Source of the DNA: Psilocybe cubensis
Lineage: Eukaryota
Assembly: GCA_017499595.2 (NCBI GenBank)
Contig: CM039002.1
Location: forward strand, 2,790,001-2,854,000
Reading direction: 5' to 3'
Length of the DNA: 64,000 nucleotides
The notes below the pieces were generated by a model. It did not search any database, was not told the DNA's origin, and was given only the letters and a program-made list of their open reading frames with translations. Position 1 is the first letter of the stretch; every line of letters starts with the position of its first letter. The position numbers and the translations under genes are program-made. Below, piece by piece: positions 1 through 12,102 of this stretch.

Positions 1-334
1 TTAAATTGCGACTTAAATTAAATAATGATTAGGAACTTGCCGTCGGAGTTTCTCGGAATTTATCTCCCTTTTCTTTCTCACACCACGACTTAGCGTCGGC
101 AAAACAAAGCATTTACTCATTCTCCTTCCAGCTGTGATACAAAGGCAGCAGGTTGGCAATAATCTCCGTCAATTATAACGAGGAAGGTTCATCTCTAACA
201 TATATGTGAGTGCGTTCATCGTATTTCGCGAAAATTTTGAGAGTGATGAATGTTTCGCATTTGTTTTGTTTTCAGGCAAAGCTAGATCATAAACTGCAAT
301 TTTCGGGTTTTTCAATCTATTTTTTACGTCCTCG

Positions 335-2549
335 ATGGATAATTCAATCCATCAGCATGTTTTTGACCCCGCGCTGAACCACGACCACAATGGCGTCCCT
401 GAAGAACAGAGGAATCAGGATGATCCTTCAACAAGCACCGCGGTTCTCAATCCTGACGGGACACCAATCAAGAGGCGGCCAGGGCGACCAAAAGGGAGCA
501 CGAAGAAGAATCTGTTAGCAGGAGGGCCGTTACCTCCAAAGCCCAAGAGGCCTGTAGGGAGACCGAGAAAGGATGGGTTTCCAGCGGGATCTGTTGGGCC
601 TAGGGTTAAAAGAGAGAGGACGGTGGGTGTTCCACAGGTGGTGAGTAACAGGATCTTCACCTTTCTTCTCTTTTGGAATTCAACGAGATCGTTGCATGCA
701 GGTTCAATATCCTGGTGTAGCTTACCCACCTATGCCTTACGGATACTCTATCAGCGCACCAATACCACCTGCTGTAGCTGCAGCTGCAGCTGCTCCGATG
801 TTCCAAATCGATCCGTCTTTGGCTGGTGACAATGAATGGGCTGACCTGGCGCGTACCAACCCAAATGCATTCCTCAGCACGCTGCTTGCAGCTCTGGCAG
901 CCCCAAACCCAGTATCCAGCGCAGGTCCAACTGTCGAAGAAGCCTTCAAATCTCACTTGGTCTCCTTGGCACCGAATCCGTCACAAATGCAACCCATCCC
1001 ATCCCTCTATTCTATTCTCAAAACATTCTGGTTGCCCTCAAGCCCCGCGTATTTCTCGCTCACTGCCTCAGCATCTACTGCTCGCACCCCCTCAGAACAT
1101 CGCTTCTTGTATTGGGATCCACAACCACTGGTGTTCAACGGAATCGCGTGCCCAAGTTGTTCCGCCCCACTTATCAACAAAGGCCGTATCAGCTCAGGGC
1201 CAGTCAAAATCTACGACATCGAACGCCCCTTCTTCATTGTAGGCTGCGAATACGTGTGTCGTTCGCCTACATGCATCGCTGCCACCGGATCTCCCGAGGG
1301 CCGCAAATACGCGTCGACAGATTCTTCGATCTTACGATCTTTGCCTTTGTTGTTGAAAGATGAATTTCCTGCTAAGCTCTTGAATGGAGACGCGGATGCA
1401 GGGAGCGGGCCAAATGTGTGGAATTGGAAAGCGATGGGTGTCAGCAGCGGTTTATGGCATCTGGTTATGGGTGCTTTAAGGTCGGGGTTGAAGAAGGATG
1501 TTATCCTCCGACTCATTTGGTCCGTTCAGACGAAAGCGACTGATACACCCGCCGAGAGCATTGCTATCGCTCCTCAAAGCAAGCCGGTCGTCTTGCCTCC
1601 CCCTCCGCCGCCGCCGCCAGCACCGATTCAAGACGGTCAAGTCCAAGAAAATGACCAAGAAGGCGATAAAATGGAAGATGGAGAAGATGAGGATCACGAG
1701 ATGAGTAACGCTGAGGACGACGGGGTAAACGGCCAAGATCAGGCCGATTCGAGCCAGACACAAACACTATCCACAAATGTGCGCCGTTACATATACGTAG
1801 ATGCCAGAAAATACATGAATACTGACGAATAAAAAAACAATCTATAGGCGTTCTCAGATGCATATGGCGATGCGTGGAAAGAAAACACAGCAACGGTCGA
1901 AACTCAGGCCAAGAATCCGACAGTTAATGGTGCCTCAACCACCCCTATATCTGCGCAGCCGCAACCTTCTCCAGCGTCTGGTTCTGCTACGTCATCAGGC
2001 GGGCCTACACCAGGACCTTCGGTAGCGGCAGCGCCATCGACGGCGCCTGCCCCTACTCAACCAACGCCGACACCATCTGCGGCCGCGCCCCCGACGCCTC
2101 AGGGGGTCACGGTGATGTCTCCGCAACCCCCACAGATGCTGCAAGCCATACCAAACTACAACCCATACGCCTACCCTTTCACACCGTATGCATACATGCC
2201 GCATCATATCGTGAACGGGACGTTGATGCAAGCCGGCCCGTCTGGGATGGTTCCCTCCTCCGGCATGCCACAGCAACCTCAGCAACAGCCACAGCAGCCT
2301 CAACAGCCACCTCAGCTCCAGCAACAGCAGATGGGTGCTGTGAATGGCCTACCGGGCGCTACACAGATGGTTACGGTGCAGCACAACAAGCGCAGCCCTC
2401 GCCACTGTTGCAAGTGCGGCTCACAAGAGTGCAAGGGCAAAGGAGGTCGCTCCTTCTGCACGAACGGCTGTCAGGACTGTGGAAAGATGGACTGCAAAGG
2501 GCGGAATAGCAGACGGCCTGATAAAAAGTGTACCGAAGGGTGGACTTGA
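335..2549 (+). CDS. AT-hook DNA-binding protein with central DUF6729-like Cys domain and C-terminal Cys-rich zinc knuckle (3 coding exons: 335-640, 702-1778, 1848-2549)
   Basis: AT-hook motifs KRRPGRPKG and KRPVGRPRK in exon 1; GT-AG introns 641-701 and 1779-1847 join the ORFs in frame; central WDP..CPSC..YDI..GCEYVC..ILRSLP..EFPAKL block; C-terminal CCKCGSQECKGKGGRSFCTNGCQDCGKMDCKGR. Probable 5' UTR intron near 206-275. Confidence 0.8.
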
Positions 2550-3298
2550 ACTATGACCACTGCTCTATCTTTTCCTTTCGTATTTCTTTCGTTCTTTTTC
2601 TCTCCTTTTTCTTTTTTTCTTTTCGCATATTGTTTGTTTCCTTGTTTCTGCGCGAGGTTGACCTAGCAGATTGTGGGGCGCTTTTTTTGGTTCATTGCCA
2701 GTCTGTTTTTTTCTTTTTCTTTTTTGTTAAGGCTGCTTGGGTTTTTTGTAGTGGACTCTTCTCGTCTGCCTGCTCTATTTTCCTGCATGAGTTCCCTTTG
2801 TAGCGTACGTCTTTTTCGCCATCTTTTTGTATTGTTACATATCGAATTTCCAGATTCGTGTGCTGAGCATTCTCATCTTTTCGACTAACTGGTGTTTTCC
2901 TAGCTGACGGGTACTTGAAATCAGAATCGGATTCTGCATCTGGTAATTCAATCTTACTCAAGTCGTTCATCTTTGATTCGAAGAAATTGTATAACATTTA
3001 CAGCTAGTAATTCATCCCGCAGGAAGAAGCACTGTATTTGATAATCACGCATCTTCCTATTCTCTACGCAGAGCTACCAACCATACCTGTTGGTAAGCTG
3101 ACTAGAAGCCTACACGTCCGCACCTCTACCAATTGTCTATGCTAGGCAGATGAAGTGGTCACCTTCATCCATCACCCACTTATTATCAGGACACTGAGCT
3201 AAAAACTTGTACAGGAAATAAGATATCCAACCATACATGGAGCGAAAGTTGGATACAATTGATTTGAGAAATACAACGTGTTTGGTACTATTCTACAT

Positions 3299-4127
3299 CT
3301 ACCATTTGGCATAGGGAAGGAACTTTCCACTATGATTATGCTTCATATTAGCATTCTCGAATGAAGACACGAACAGAACAGCTTACTCGAAACTTAAAAC
3401 GACACGATCGCCTTTGGGATCAGGCTTCTTTTCAATGTCGATCTTGCAGTCGATCATGGACATGATCCCATCACCGAACTGTTTATGCAGATGAATGGTG
3501 GTCATTACGAACTCTTCAAAAAGCCATACCTTTTCATGAATAATAGCCTAAAAAATGGGATGAGAAATCAATGATATTGCACACGTTAAAGCAACAACCC
3601 ACCTTGATAGCATGTCCGTACACCAAAACACCCTTGAATTACCGATGAGAATTAACCAACATGTGGAGAAGACGCGGGTTATGTACCTCGTACAGCCTGT
3701 AGATCACAGGGTCCTGTGGGGGCATCGGGCCCAGCCCTCTGTTTGGCCACCAGTGGTCACCGATCTCGCTAAGAGCAGATGCTGATGAGATGTCGAGCAC
3801 TTCAGCAACCTTTTTCAGCTCTTCTGTGGTAAATTTGGCCTACAGCACAGAACCATGAGGTAGGGACACAACATGGATATTTATTGCAATACTCACTTGG
3901 CCGTAGAAGGCAGCCGCAAGCCAGACCTCATCCCTTCCTATTTGTTTCGCAATCTGATCAAAGGTAAGGCCCTTCTTTGCCTTTGCCTCGAATAGAACGG
4001 AGCTAATAGCTGGTAAATCGGCGTAAGGCGAGTTGTTGGTCGCGACAGTCTGGTAAACGGTGTGAACCCGGTCAGGTCCCAGAGATGATCGTACGCAAAG
4101 TCAACATACGGGAGTTGCTGAAGACAT
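3299..4127 (-). CDS. CYN1: Cyanate hydratase (cyanase), multi-exon
   Basis: Spliced minus-strand translation gives [57 protein letters not shown]...[11 protein letters not shown]...[27 protein letters not shown]...GKFLPYAKW*, all hallmark cyanase motifs. Confidence 0.93.
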
Positions 4128-4601
4128 CTTTGCAATTCACAATTTACGAATGAGTGAGAGAAAGAAACAATTGGAAGACTCAAAACCGATGGTTAATATA
4201 AGGAACCCGAAACGACTGATAAGGCTCGTGGATTCATTGTTAGACGAGACCACATGAACAGAATTGGGGGGTATGGAAAATGAAACGGGGCCCTCCGGAA
4301 AGAGTCTTGTACACTCCAACACGCTCTATCTCGTACACGTGATGGCTTGGGAGGACTGTATGAGACATGGGGTTATCCGGGTACGGGTGTTTCTGGATGG
4401 GCGGTCGGCAATATATTCTGGAGGAGCGCGTCGAAATGCCCATGTAAGCTACAAACCCAAAATAAGGTGGGTACGCGCCGCCATGCATACAAGGGAACAT
4501 GATGGATGCCCACAATCGGCTTGACGTGTTCCGAGTCTTCACGTAGTTCATTCTCAGAAATGAAGATGGAGGGGTGGGTATCCGCATTTTTCATTAAGAT
4601 A

Positions 4602-5171
4602 TCAGGGTTTCTCTGTTCCATCTTCGGGTGTAACTGGCTTCCACACGTCCTTCGCGGCATGCATAAGCTCGTACAACTGACCGAGCTGCTCTGGGGACAT
4701 CTAAGGATGGGGATATTAATAAAGGGTGCGACTCGAAAGGTTGGATTACACACCTTTTCAAAAACTGTGGGATCCAGCCGTTTCCCTTTGTAATCTTCGT
4801 TAGGTTTTGTGGGTAACTCGTCGAGGTACATTTTCCATTGCGAAAGGAATCCCATGATGTGTACGGGGTTCGTGACTTCTTTGTGCCGTCGGAACTCTAT
4901 AACCTGTGTGAGCTTTCGCAGCAGGCCAACCAAGAATATCAACACACCTGACTTGACATAGTCGTCTCCCAAACTACGCATATCTGATGGCAAATTACGG
5001 TGTGAACGCAGCAGTCGTCTGTACAGTCTGCTGCAAATGTCAGCCCACGCTACCTCGACAACTAGATCCGGAGGCGTACGGAATAGGAGGGTATAACATT
5101 GCACTGGCGTCCGTCAGATTCAGAGGTGCCTTCGACACAGATTCCGCCAGCCTAATTAAAGTAGATCGCAT
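4602..5171 (-). CDS. SDH7: Succinate dehydrogenase assembly factor 3 (ACN9/SDH7, LYR family), multi-exon
   Basis: [19 protein letters not shown]...PPIP / [26 protein letters not shown] / [28 protein letters not shown]...[12 protein letters not shown]; the LYR motif with GD.YVK.EFR.HK is characteristic of ACN9/SDHAF3. Confidence 0.9.
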
Positions 5172-6114
5172 TTTGAAGTAAAGTTGTTGACACGGTGGTG
5201 AGCGCAAGAATTCGGGAGCGACTAGGTCCGTGAGGAATTCTGGCGGAGAATGAAAACTTGAGATTCGGCTGATTTCGGCGCGCGAAATCAGACTTGTACT
5301 GTGGGCAAATGTGGCTGTGTTGCGGCACCTCGGCTCAAAGATAACAGGCACTTGCTCAAATTTTAAAAGTACTGCCGTGTATATAAACCTTTTATATACC
5401 TAAATATATGTTTTTTTAAAAGACTAAGCTCGGGTTCTGCCGGGCAGACGCGCCCTTTCTGGCTCAACAAATTTGATTTCCGCTCGGTTTCAAATTTGTG
5501 ACCTTCACTGGGAATAAGATAACTGGCTGGTTTTAAGCTTTTTGTGGCAGAAGCTGGCAAGTTATTTTATCATGAGTATATAGTGGTTTTCCTATCAGTT
5601 AATTTTACTTAAAATGGATGCAAATACAGGCCTTTATTTTGAAACGTGATCGGTCTGTTAAATCACATGACATGAACACATCCGACGCGACCGAGACACG
5701 ACTGCGACTACCTTGGATCGAAAAGGCGGACACACGCCAGGACACGCCAAAAAGCACTATATTGGCATATGATCAACAATTTTCTTGGGATTTGGAAGTG
5801 TTAGGTTCTAATTTCATGATCCACATTTTTCAGCAAATCCTGACATGAAGCAGAGCTTGGTACCATACACACCCCAAATGGACTGTCTTTGGGAGTAACT
5901 CCATGCTCAAGAAATGAAAGTTTATCGGGACTAATAATATCCGCACAATGCTCACCGTATTGGTACTCCTTTAGATATCTCCATTATTGTGCCATATTCA
6001 CATTTAATTGGGCCATATCTTGTTATTGCTACCTTGAAGGATAGCTATGTGTCCCTCTTCTAGGTAATTCTGCGTATATTAAATGCCGTTATGATCTATA
6101 ACACCGTAAAGCAG

Positions 6115-6214
6115 NNNNNNNNNNNNNNNNNNNNNNNNNNNNNNNNNNNNNNNNNNNNNNNNNNNNNNNNNNNNNNNNNNNNNNNNNNNNNNNNNNNNNN
6201 NNNNNNNNNNNNNN
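6115..6214. other. Assembly gap (100 N)
   Basis: Run of 100 N, a placeholder for a gap of unknown size; it truncates the 3' end of the minus-strand cargo gene. Confidence 0.99.
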
Positions 6215-7084
6215 CATCACTCCTATGAATGCTATGGTCGCTCGGACTATGTCTCCAACTTTGAACACGCTGGGAACCACACGCGATGTGCTGAGTCATT
6301 GATCGGATACTGTTAGTATGCCGCTGTGTATGAGATGTACCACAAAGCTCACCTTGTACCGTTATCGTTTTTGACTTCTCGCAAATAGTCGACCTTGTTG
6401 TCCATGGTGTGTATGAGATCGTCTCCTCTCATGTGCGCCAACACGCCGTCTGGATCTACACCCATATCGAACGCCAGTCCTGCTTCTGTCGGCGCATGCT
6501 TTCTAGGTGTGAAGTAACGCGTACTTGCGTCGACCGCCCAATGACCTTCGTACATGCTTAAGTTCCACGGCTTTACCTCTATGTCTTCCTTTTTGAGGTA
6601 TGTCTTCATCATCTCGTGTACATGCTTTATACTAACCGCATCGTCGTTGAATCCGTTGCTCCGCAGTCCGGTAATTCTAACTCCCTGTCGAAGATATATC
6701 GCTTTCTTCTTCATAGACGGTGTTGCGTCACTACGATTGGGTCAGTTGGGTATGCATTTTGTATATATAGTTATATCATTTACCTTAATTTAATAGGCGG
6801 CAATTCGTTTCTGCATATTGCGCCGTACACGTAGAAGTTTTGTTCTTCAGTGGAATTCGTTCGTGTAATTCTCCACGAGCGAGGTTGTTCTACGTAGACC
6901 ACTCTATGATCTTCGAGCTGTCAATCGTGTTTTTGGAATCGTCAGTATGTTCGTCCATCCATATGAATATGTAAAATACCTGAAAGTCTACCACCGGCAT
7001 AGCATCGTGTATCGATTTTCGGGCGTCGCAGTACCCTTGGTCCATGAGGGCCTGCGCAGCGTATTGGTTATAGTTTGGGTCCAT
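6215..7084 (-). CDS. Element-borne hypothetical protein, possible OB-fold; 3' end lost in the gap
   Basis: Spliced exons give MDPNYNQYAAQ...DFQ / LEDHRVVY...FYVYGAICRNELPPIKL / ...YLRQGVRITGL...ASTRYFTPR...VDPDGVL...HTMDNKVDY / PSVFKVGDIVRATIAFIGV; resembles a recurrent Agaricomycete hypothetical family. The OB-fold call is inference. Confidence 0.6.
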
Positions 7085-8102
7085 GCAATTGGTTGAGGGT
7101 GGGATTCTGTTTCACTTTTTTTTTTTTTTGGCCTTGTTTGACCGTTTGGTTTTATGATGTTTCTCGCTTTCCGACTCGTATTCGTGTGTCCCTCTTGTGT
7201 AATCTTTCCGTTTCTGTCCGAAATCTGCTACTGTTCCGTTCTCATCGTCGTGCTTGGTTCGTACTGGTTGTTAATGTTTTGTCTCCTCTCCGGTTGTTGT
7301 TACCACCGATCATTTTGTAAAATTTTCATATATTTTTCCTCCTTGCTTATTCGCTATCGGCGCCGTTTTGACCCTGTCTACTTCGCTCTCATATGTTCCT
7401 CTTCCCTGGTGTTCCTGTTCTCGACCGCGGCATTAGGTCGGTTGTTCATCTATGGTGTTGTCGTCTCCTCATATGACGCGCTTCATTAAATTGCATTTGT
7501 TCTTTAACTTGATTTGGTGTACCGAGTGCCTACTTTTCTCGTTTCATGGAGCTCCTCTTGCTTTGCTTGCTCTTTGCCTTTGCTCATCAACGTGTCGCTT
7601 CGCCTAGTTCACCTTTTTCGTGTTTTTATGCGTAGTGCGACCATCATCTGTCGGCTTTTTTTTTACATCAAATTTTGGTCCATCATTTTTTTTGGCGTCT
7701 TTAATCCCTTAAGGCAATCGCTCCTGTACAATGGTGTTTGCTCTTGGTACGCTCATCACGCGTAATATCTTATTCGTGCTGACTTGCTTGTCTCAGTGGC
7801 TTCGGGAGTGTGTATGGTATTCGCTAAAGGCGTTTCCACTCATCGCTTTCTATCGTACCGAGCGTTAGTCTTTGCATTTTTCTACTCCGTATCAACTCAT
7901 GGATTTTATTATCCTTTTTCTCTGTTTTTCATGTTTCTCCAAGTAGTATTTATCATGTTGAATTCTTGTGATGCTGTCTCATAACCTTTTCTATAAAACC
8001 TTGGTTTTTTTTTGTTTAGTGCTTTCCATCTTCGACGCTCTACCTGCCTCGAGCTCTATCATCTACAGTATTCCTAAGTCTCTTTATCGTTTCAATCACA
8101 TT

Positions 8103-11100
8103 ATGGTTTCCATCAACTCTGCTTATGCTCCTGCTTCTCCCAAGCCTACATATGCCGATGTGGTTGCTGGTGATCGCTCGCCCTCTGCTGAATACAAGTA
8201 AGCCGTTCCATGTTATTCTATGTACAGTTTATGATTTTAAACGTTGTGCGTTGTAACAGACATCGTCCTGCAAAAGGCATTCGCAACGTCATAATCCACG
8301 TCAAACCCGACAACAAAGAAGATTCTTTTTCTGTTGCCACTGACTCTGATGACGGACCGTTAGACAGCGTCGCCTCTCGCATTGCTGCCGCAAAGGTCGT
8401 CAAACCGGGGAACAAGACTGTTGCGTACGTGTATCCCATACTATCTTACCCTGTGTCTTCAATCACGCACGTCGTTTACATGCGTTCCTTCCGTTTTCTT
8501 ATCTCTGTATTGCAGCGGATCAGATGCGTTGGACAATTTTGTTAGGAAGACCAGGTCAACAAGTGGCTTGTATGATTTTAGCTGCACATTCCGCACTTTT
8601 TTTCTTTTGTTTTGACTACTTTATTGTCGTTATAGGAAACGCGATATCGAAGATGCTGCGCTCGTTTGTTCCGATGAGGAGTTGCCGTTAGTGAAATTGC
8701 AATCTGATAACCCTTATGTTATGCTGATATTTTGGTTTTGTTATATATTTACCTCAGAGCCCGAATTTCCCCTCCGAAGAAGAGTCGTACATCCGTCAGC
8801 GCGAACGTTGATGCGACTGTCAATCACGTATCTTACTCGAGTGATTCTTCGGTCGAAGTCATTCGAGTCGTCGATAATTCGTAAGTTTTACTGCTTGTAT
8901 CAAATCTCGCCATTATTTCGTTCTGCTTAATACCGTTGGATACTCTGAACAGAGCCAACGCCCGATATCAGAAGGGTATTAGTGATGCCATATTAGTCGA
9001 TGATTCATCCGCGGATGAAATGGTCTCTGTTCATCCTACCAGCGGGTATGTTTATCATTTACATCTTTTATGTTATTATGTCATACGTTCTCACATCCGC
9101 GTATTACAATTCGTGCTCCTGTCAGAGCAAAACCGAATAAACAGAAAGGCAAGAAGCCACAGAAGACAATGCCCCAAACGGTCCGTATCAAACAAGAGCC
9201 TGGCATTGTCATAAAGCAAGAAGCATCTGCTCGTCCCACGTCCGTATTGCCCTCTGAAGTTATGGTTAAGAAAGAGTCTGTCGATGTTCATATCCCTCTT
9301 GCACCGGATAACGTTGCGTCCACCCCCACAAAGAAAGACAAAGGAAAATCATCCGTTTCAAAGAAGGGCTCTGTTGGGATTCGTAGATCCGCTCGGCGTT
9401 CGGAAGCTGCGATCGAGCGAGTACCGTTCTCTTTTATTCCACATTGCGATTGACTGACGTCCTGCTCTTAGTCTGTCGGTGTCTCCGCTGAAGATTGGGT
9501 CTGAAATTTCTGGATCTGCTGTTTTGTCTCCACCCATTACTTTGCAGGGTGATGCTGATTCTGATATCAACCCCTTCTTGCCGTCACCTGAAGTCATTTT
9601 GGGCACCAAGTATGTGTATGCTCTAAAAGTCTACGTGAGCATCACTTAACTTGATTTACAGAATTCCAGGAAAAGGCAAATCCATTCGCATTGTTCTTCC
9701 CAGCGGTCCAATCGATCTTCACGAAGATGAAGCTATGATGTTTGCGTCAGTAATGTTCATTTGTGGTGTTTTTCTTTTATCACTTCTTAATCGGGTTTGA
9801 TCAGGCACGCGGTCAGAGAGAGTCGAATGCATCAGACCACTTATCCATCTTCCAATGCTCTCCCCAGCGGTCCTTCCTCTAGCAAGTTGCTCAAAGCGCT
9901 CGATGATGCGTATGAAAAGTACAGTGAAGCAGATGCTCTTAAAACCGAACATTCGACTTTGGACCCCCCTGTTCAATTTAAGGCGTCTGTAATAAGGTAA
10001 ATATCCGTCATGCCAATATATGTGATCGTCTTTATCTACCTTTATTCAACAGTGCCAAATCTATCGACGCGCATTCTGATGTGGTTATGGCCAGTCTTTC
10101 TGAACAGCCAAAAACTCGACAAGTGCAGTTTCAATCTTCTTTGACAGCTGTTCCAATCAATGCCGCTGTTGAAGCTCCCCCTACACCTGTCACTCCAGTT
10201 CGAGTTCCCCGCAAGTTCAAGGATGTTGTGCCTGCCGGTCCTGTGAACAAAACTCCCAGTCTTGGATTGAACGGGCCGGCTCTGATGGAGGATACCATGC
10301 GCTTCTCGGTCAAGTAAGTTAACGTACCCATATGTCATCTTCAATCTGTTGTCTGACTTGATTTGTGTCTGACCTTAAGACATCTGCCGAAGAAATGCGA
10401 AGTTACGAAGACAGATTTACAAGATAGTCTTTTAGAAAGCACTTACGTTGACCTTCCCAATCTTCAGTAAGTTTTTACCTTCTAAGATAATCGATGTTTT
10501 GTTTTGACTATTTCAAGGCATGGTATTCTCAAGCAATGGAACTCGCCTAATGTCATGGCACCAGTCGACTGTGTTTCTTTTTCTCTCTGCGGTGAGAATT
10601 TCCCTGAGATGAATTTTGAGTGAGTTTCGTAAAGCCTTTGCTATACTTTACTTAATGATGCGTATTGCTTACTCTCTCTACTATGTTATATAGAAACGCT
10701 TATGACGCTGTGACTTTTGTAAGGAACAAGAACTTTATCAATCCTTCGCGGGTTTCGCCTCTGGACGTCAGCATCCTGTATATGGGAAACGATCGTAAGC
10801 GTGCCACTTTGCAGTGCAACTCGGTGCCTGCTATCTGCCTGAGTGCAATTCTCACCCGCGATTCGTATCTATTGGAGCCGATATCCAAAGGACTGTGTAA
10901 CAAATTTTTGTCTGGTCACATGATGCACCAGGAGTGGGAACGCTTCGCTGGATTTGCTTGCATGGCGTTCGGACATCAGGTTATGGTAGCCTCTATCCGT
11001 GATAAGGCAATCACCTTTGGCACTATGGGAGTTAAATGTCAGTGGGCACATATGCTTACTTTTTTTTTTTTTTCTTTTTGTACTCACTCAGACACTCACT

Positions 11101-11570
11101 CAAATAGCGGAGCGGGAATCAATCTCTCCTTCAAAACCTCCTAGGACACCCGGCATACTTTCTGGACAGAAAGATGCCAAACTCCAAGGAGGAAGCCGAA
11201 AAGCACTTAAATCAAGCACCAGGTTCAAGACCATGATGGATTCAACCGACACTAGTAAGTTATCAACATTGTATGTGCTTCAAACCACTGACAATGTCAT
11301 ATATTAGTTCCCATATATGATTCACGTAACCATGCCTTCAATTTCAACACTGACCTCGACCGGTTAGACGAATTGCTACCTAGATGGCGTCGCGGAGAGA
11401 TTCCACCTAACTCCTTTGTTATGGTGGCGTACACTATGACTCAATACGAGAAGGAACGGTCATTTCATCTGTGTACCAACATACAGTATGCCGTTGTGTT
11501 CGGTACGGAACACGATACCAGCGACATAGAGGCAGAACAGGAGTCCTTTGCAGGTTTTGATGAAGACTGA
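8103..11570 (+). CDS. Element-borne multi-exon protein: disordered N-terminus plus C-terminal putative OB-fold/SSB-like domain with acidic tail
   Basis: Many short GT-AG introns link the ORF pieces; conserved-looking C-terminal blocks NFINPSRVSP, QEWERFAGFACMAFG, VPIYDSRNHAFNFNTDLDRLDELLPRWRRGEIPPNSFVMVAYTMTQY...LCTNIQYAVVFG; ends EHDTSDIEAEQESFAGFDED*. Confidence 0.65.
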
Positions 11571-11959
11571 ATATTTCATTAAACCTAATGTCTTTTAATA
11601 CACATAGTTATGGTATTATTTACATTCTCCTTGCTATCTGTTGTTATTTTTTGGTATCATATACGTCGCGTAGTCTATTACTTCAATGTTTTTGTTCTTT
11701 CTTCGTGTCATTTGTACTCTGCTTCCTGTATCTTTGAATATCCAGTTAGTATTCTGTCTTATCAACTGCTTCGTATCATATTCTACTTGTCTTCCGTACA
11801 AATTTCTCCCGATATAATAATACATACATATTATCATGGCATTACAGTTGGACATATGCTTTTCCTTTGCGTGTCCCCTCTGCCAAAATTTAAGCGCCCG
11901 TTGTCAATAATCGTACGCTACACAGAGTTACCCGGTGTTACCTGTTGTCAGTGTCTACT

Positions 11960-11967
11960 TATATAAA
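11960..11967 (+). promoter_or_regulatory. Putative TATA box of the RepHel gene
   Basis: TATATAAA about 140 nt upstream of the inferred ATG at 12103, followed by a pyrimidine-rich tract. Confidence 0.4.
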
Positions 11968-12102
11968 TCGAGGGTCCTCGATGCGATTCCTTTAATTATT
12001 CCTACACATTCCTCCCCCCCCCCCTTGATCGATCTCACACTCATATCCATCAGACTAGTGAACATATCTATTTACCTTGAAACTTACATTACTCTTTTAT
12101 AT

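Noticed and set aside
2528-2997. Phe-rich and Lys-rich ORFs after the AT-hook gene
   Set aside because: Derived from T-rich 3' UTR sequence; not credible proteins.
5680-5750. GACAC/GACGC short repeats as a mobile element end or array
   Set aside because: Too short and irregular, with no terminal inverted repeat or spacer structure.
7075-7990. Several hydrophobic Phe/Leu-rich ORFs
   Set aside because: They are by-products of a T-rich intergenic spacer that lacks stop codons; no motifs or convincing gene structure.
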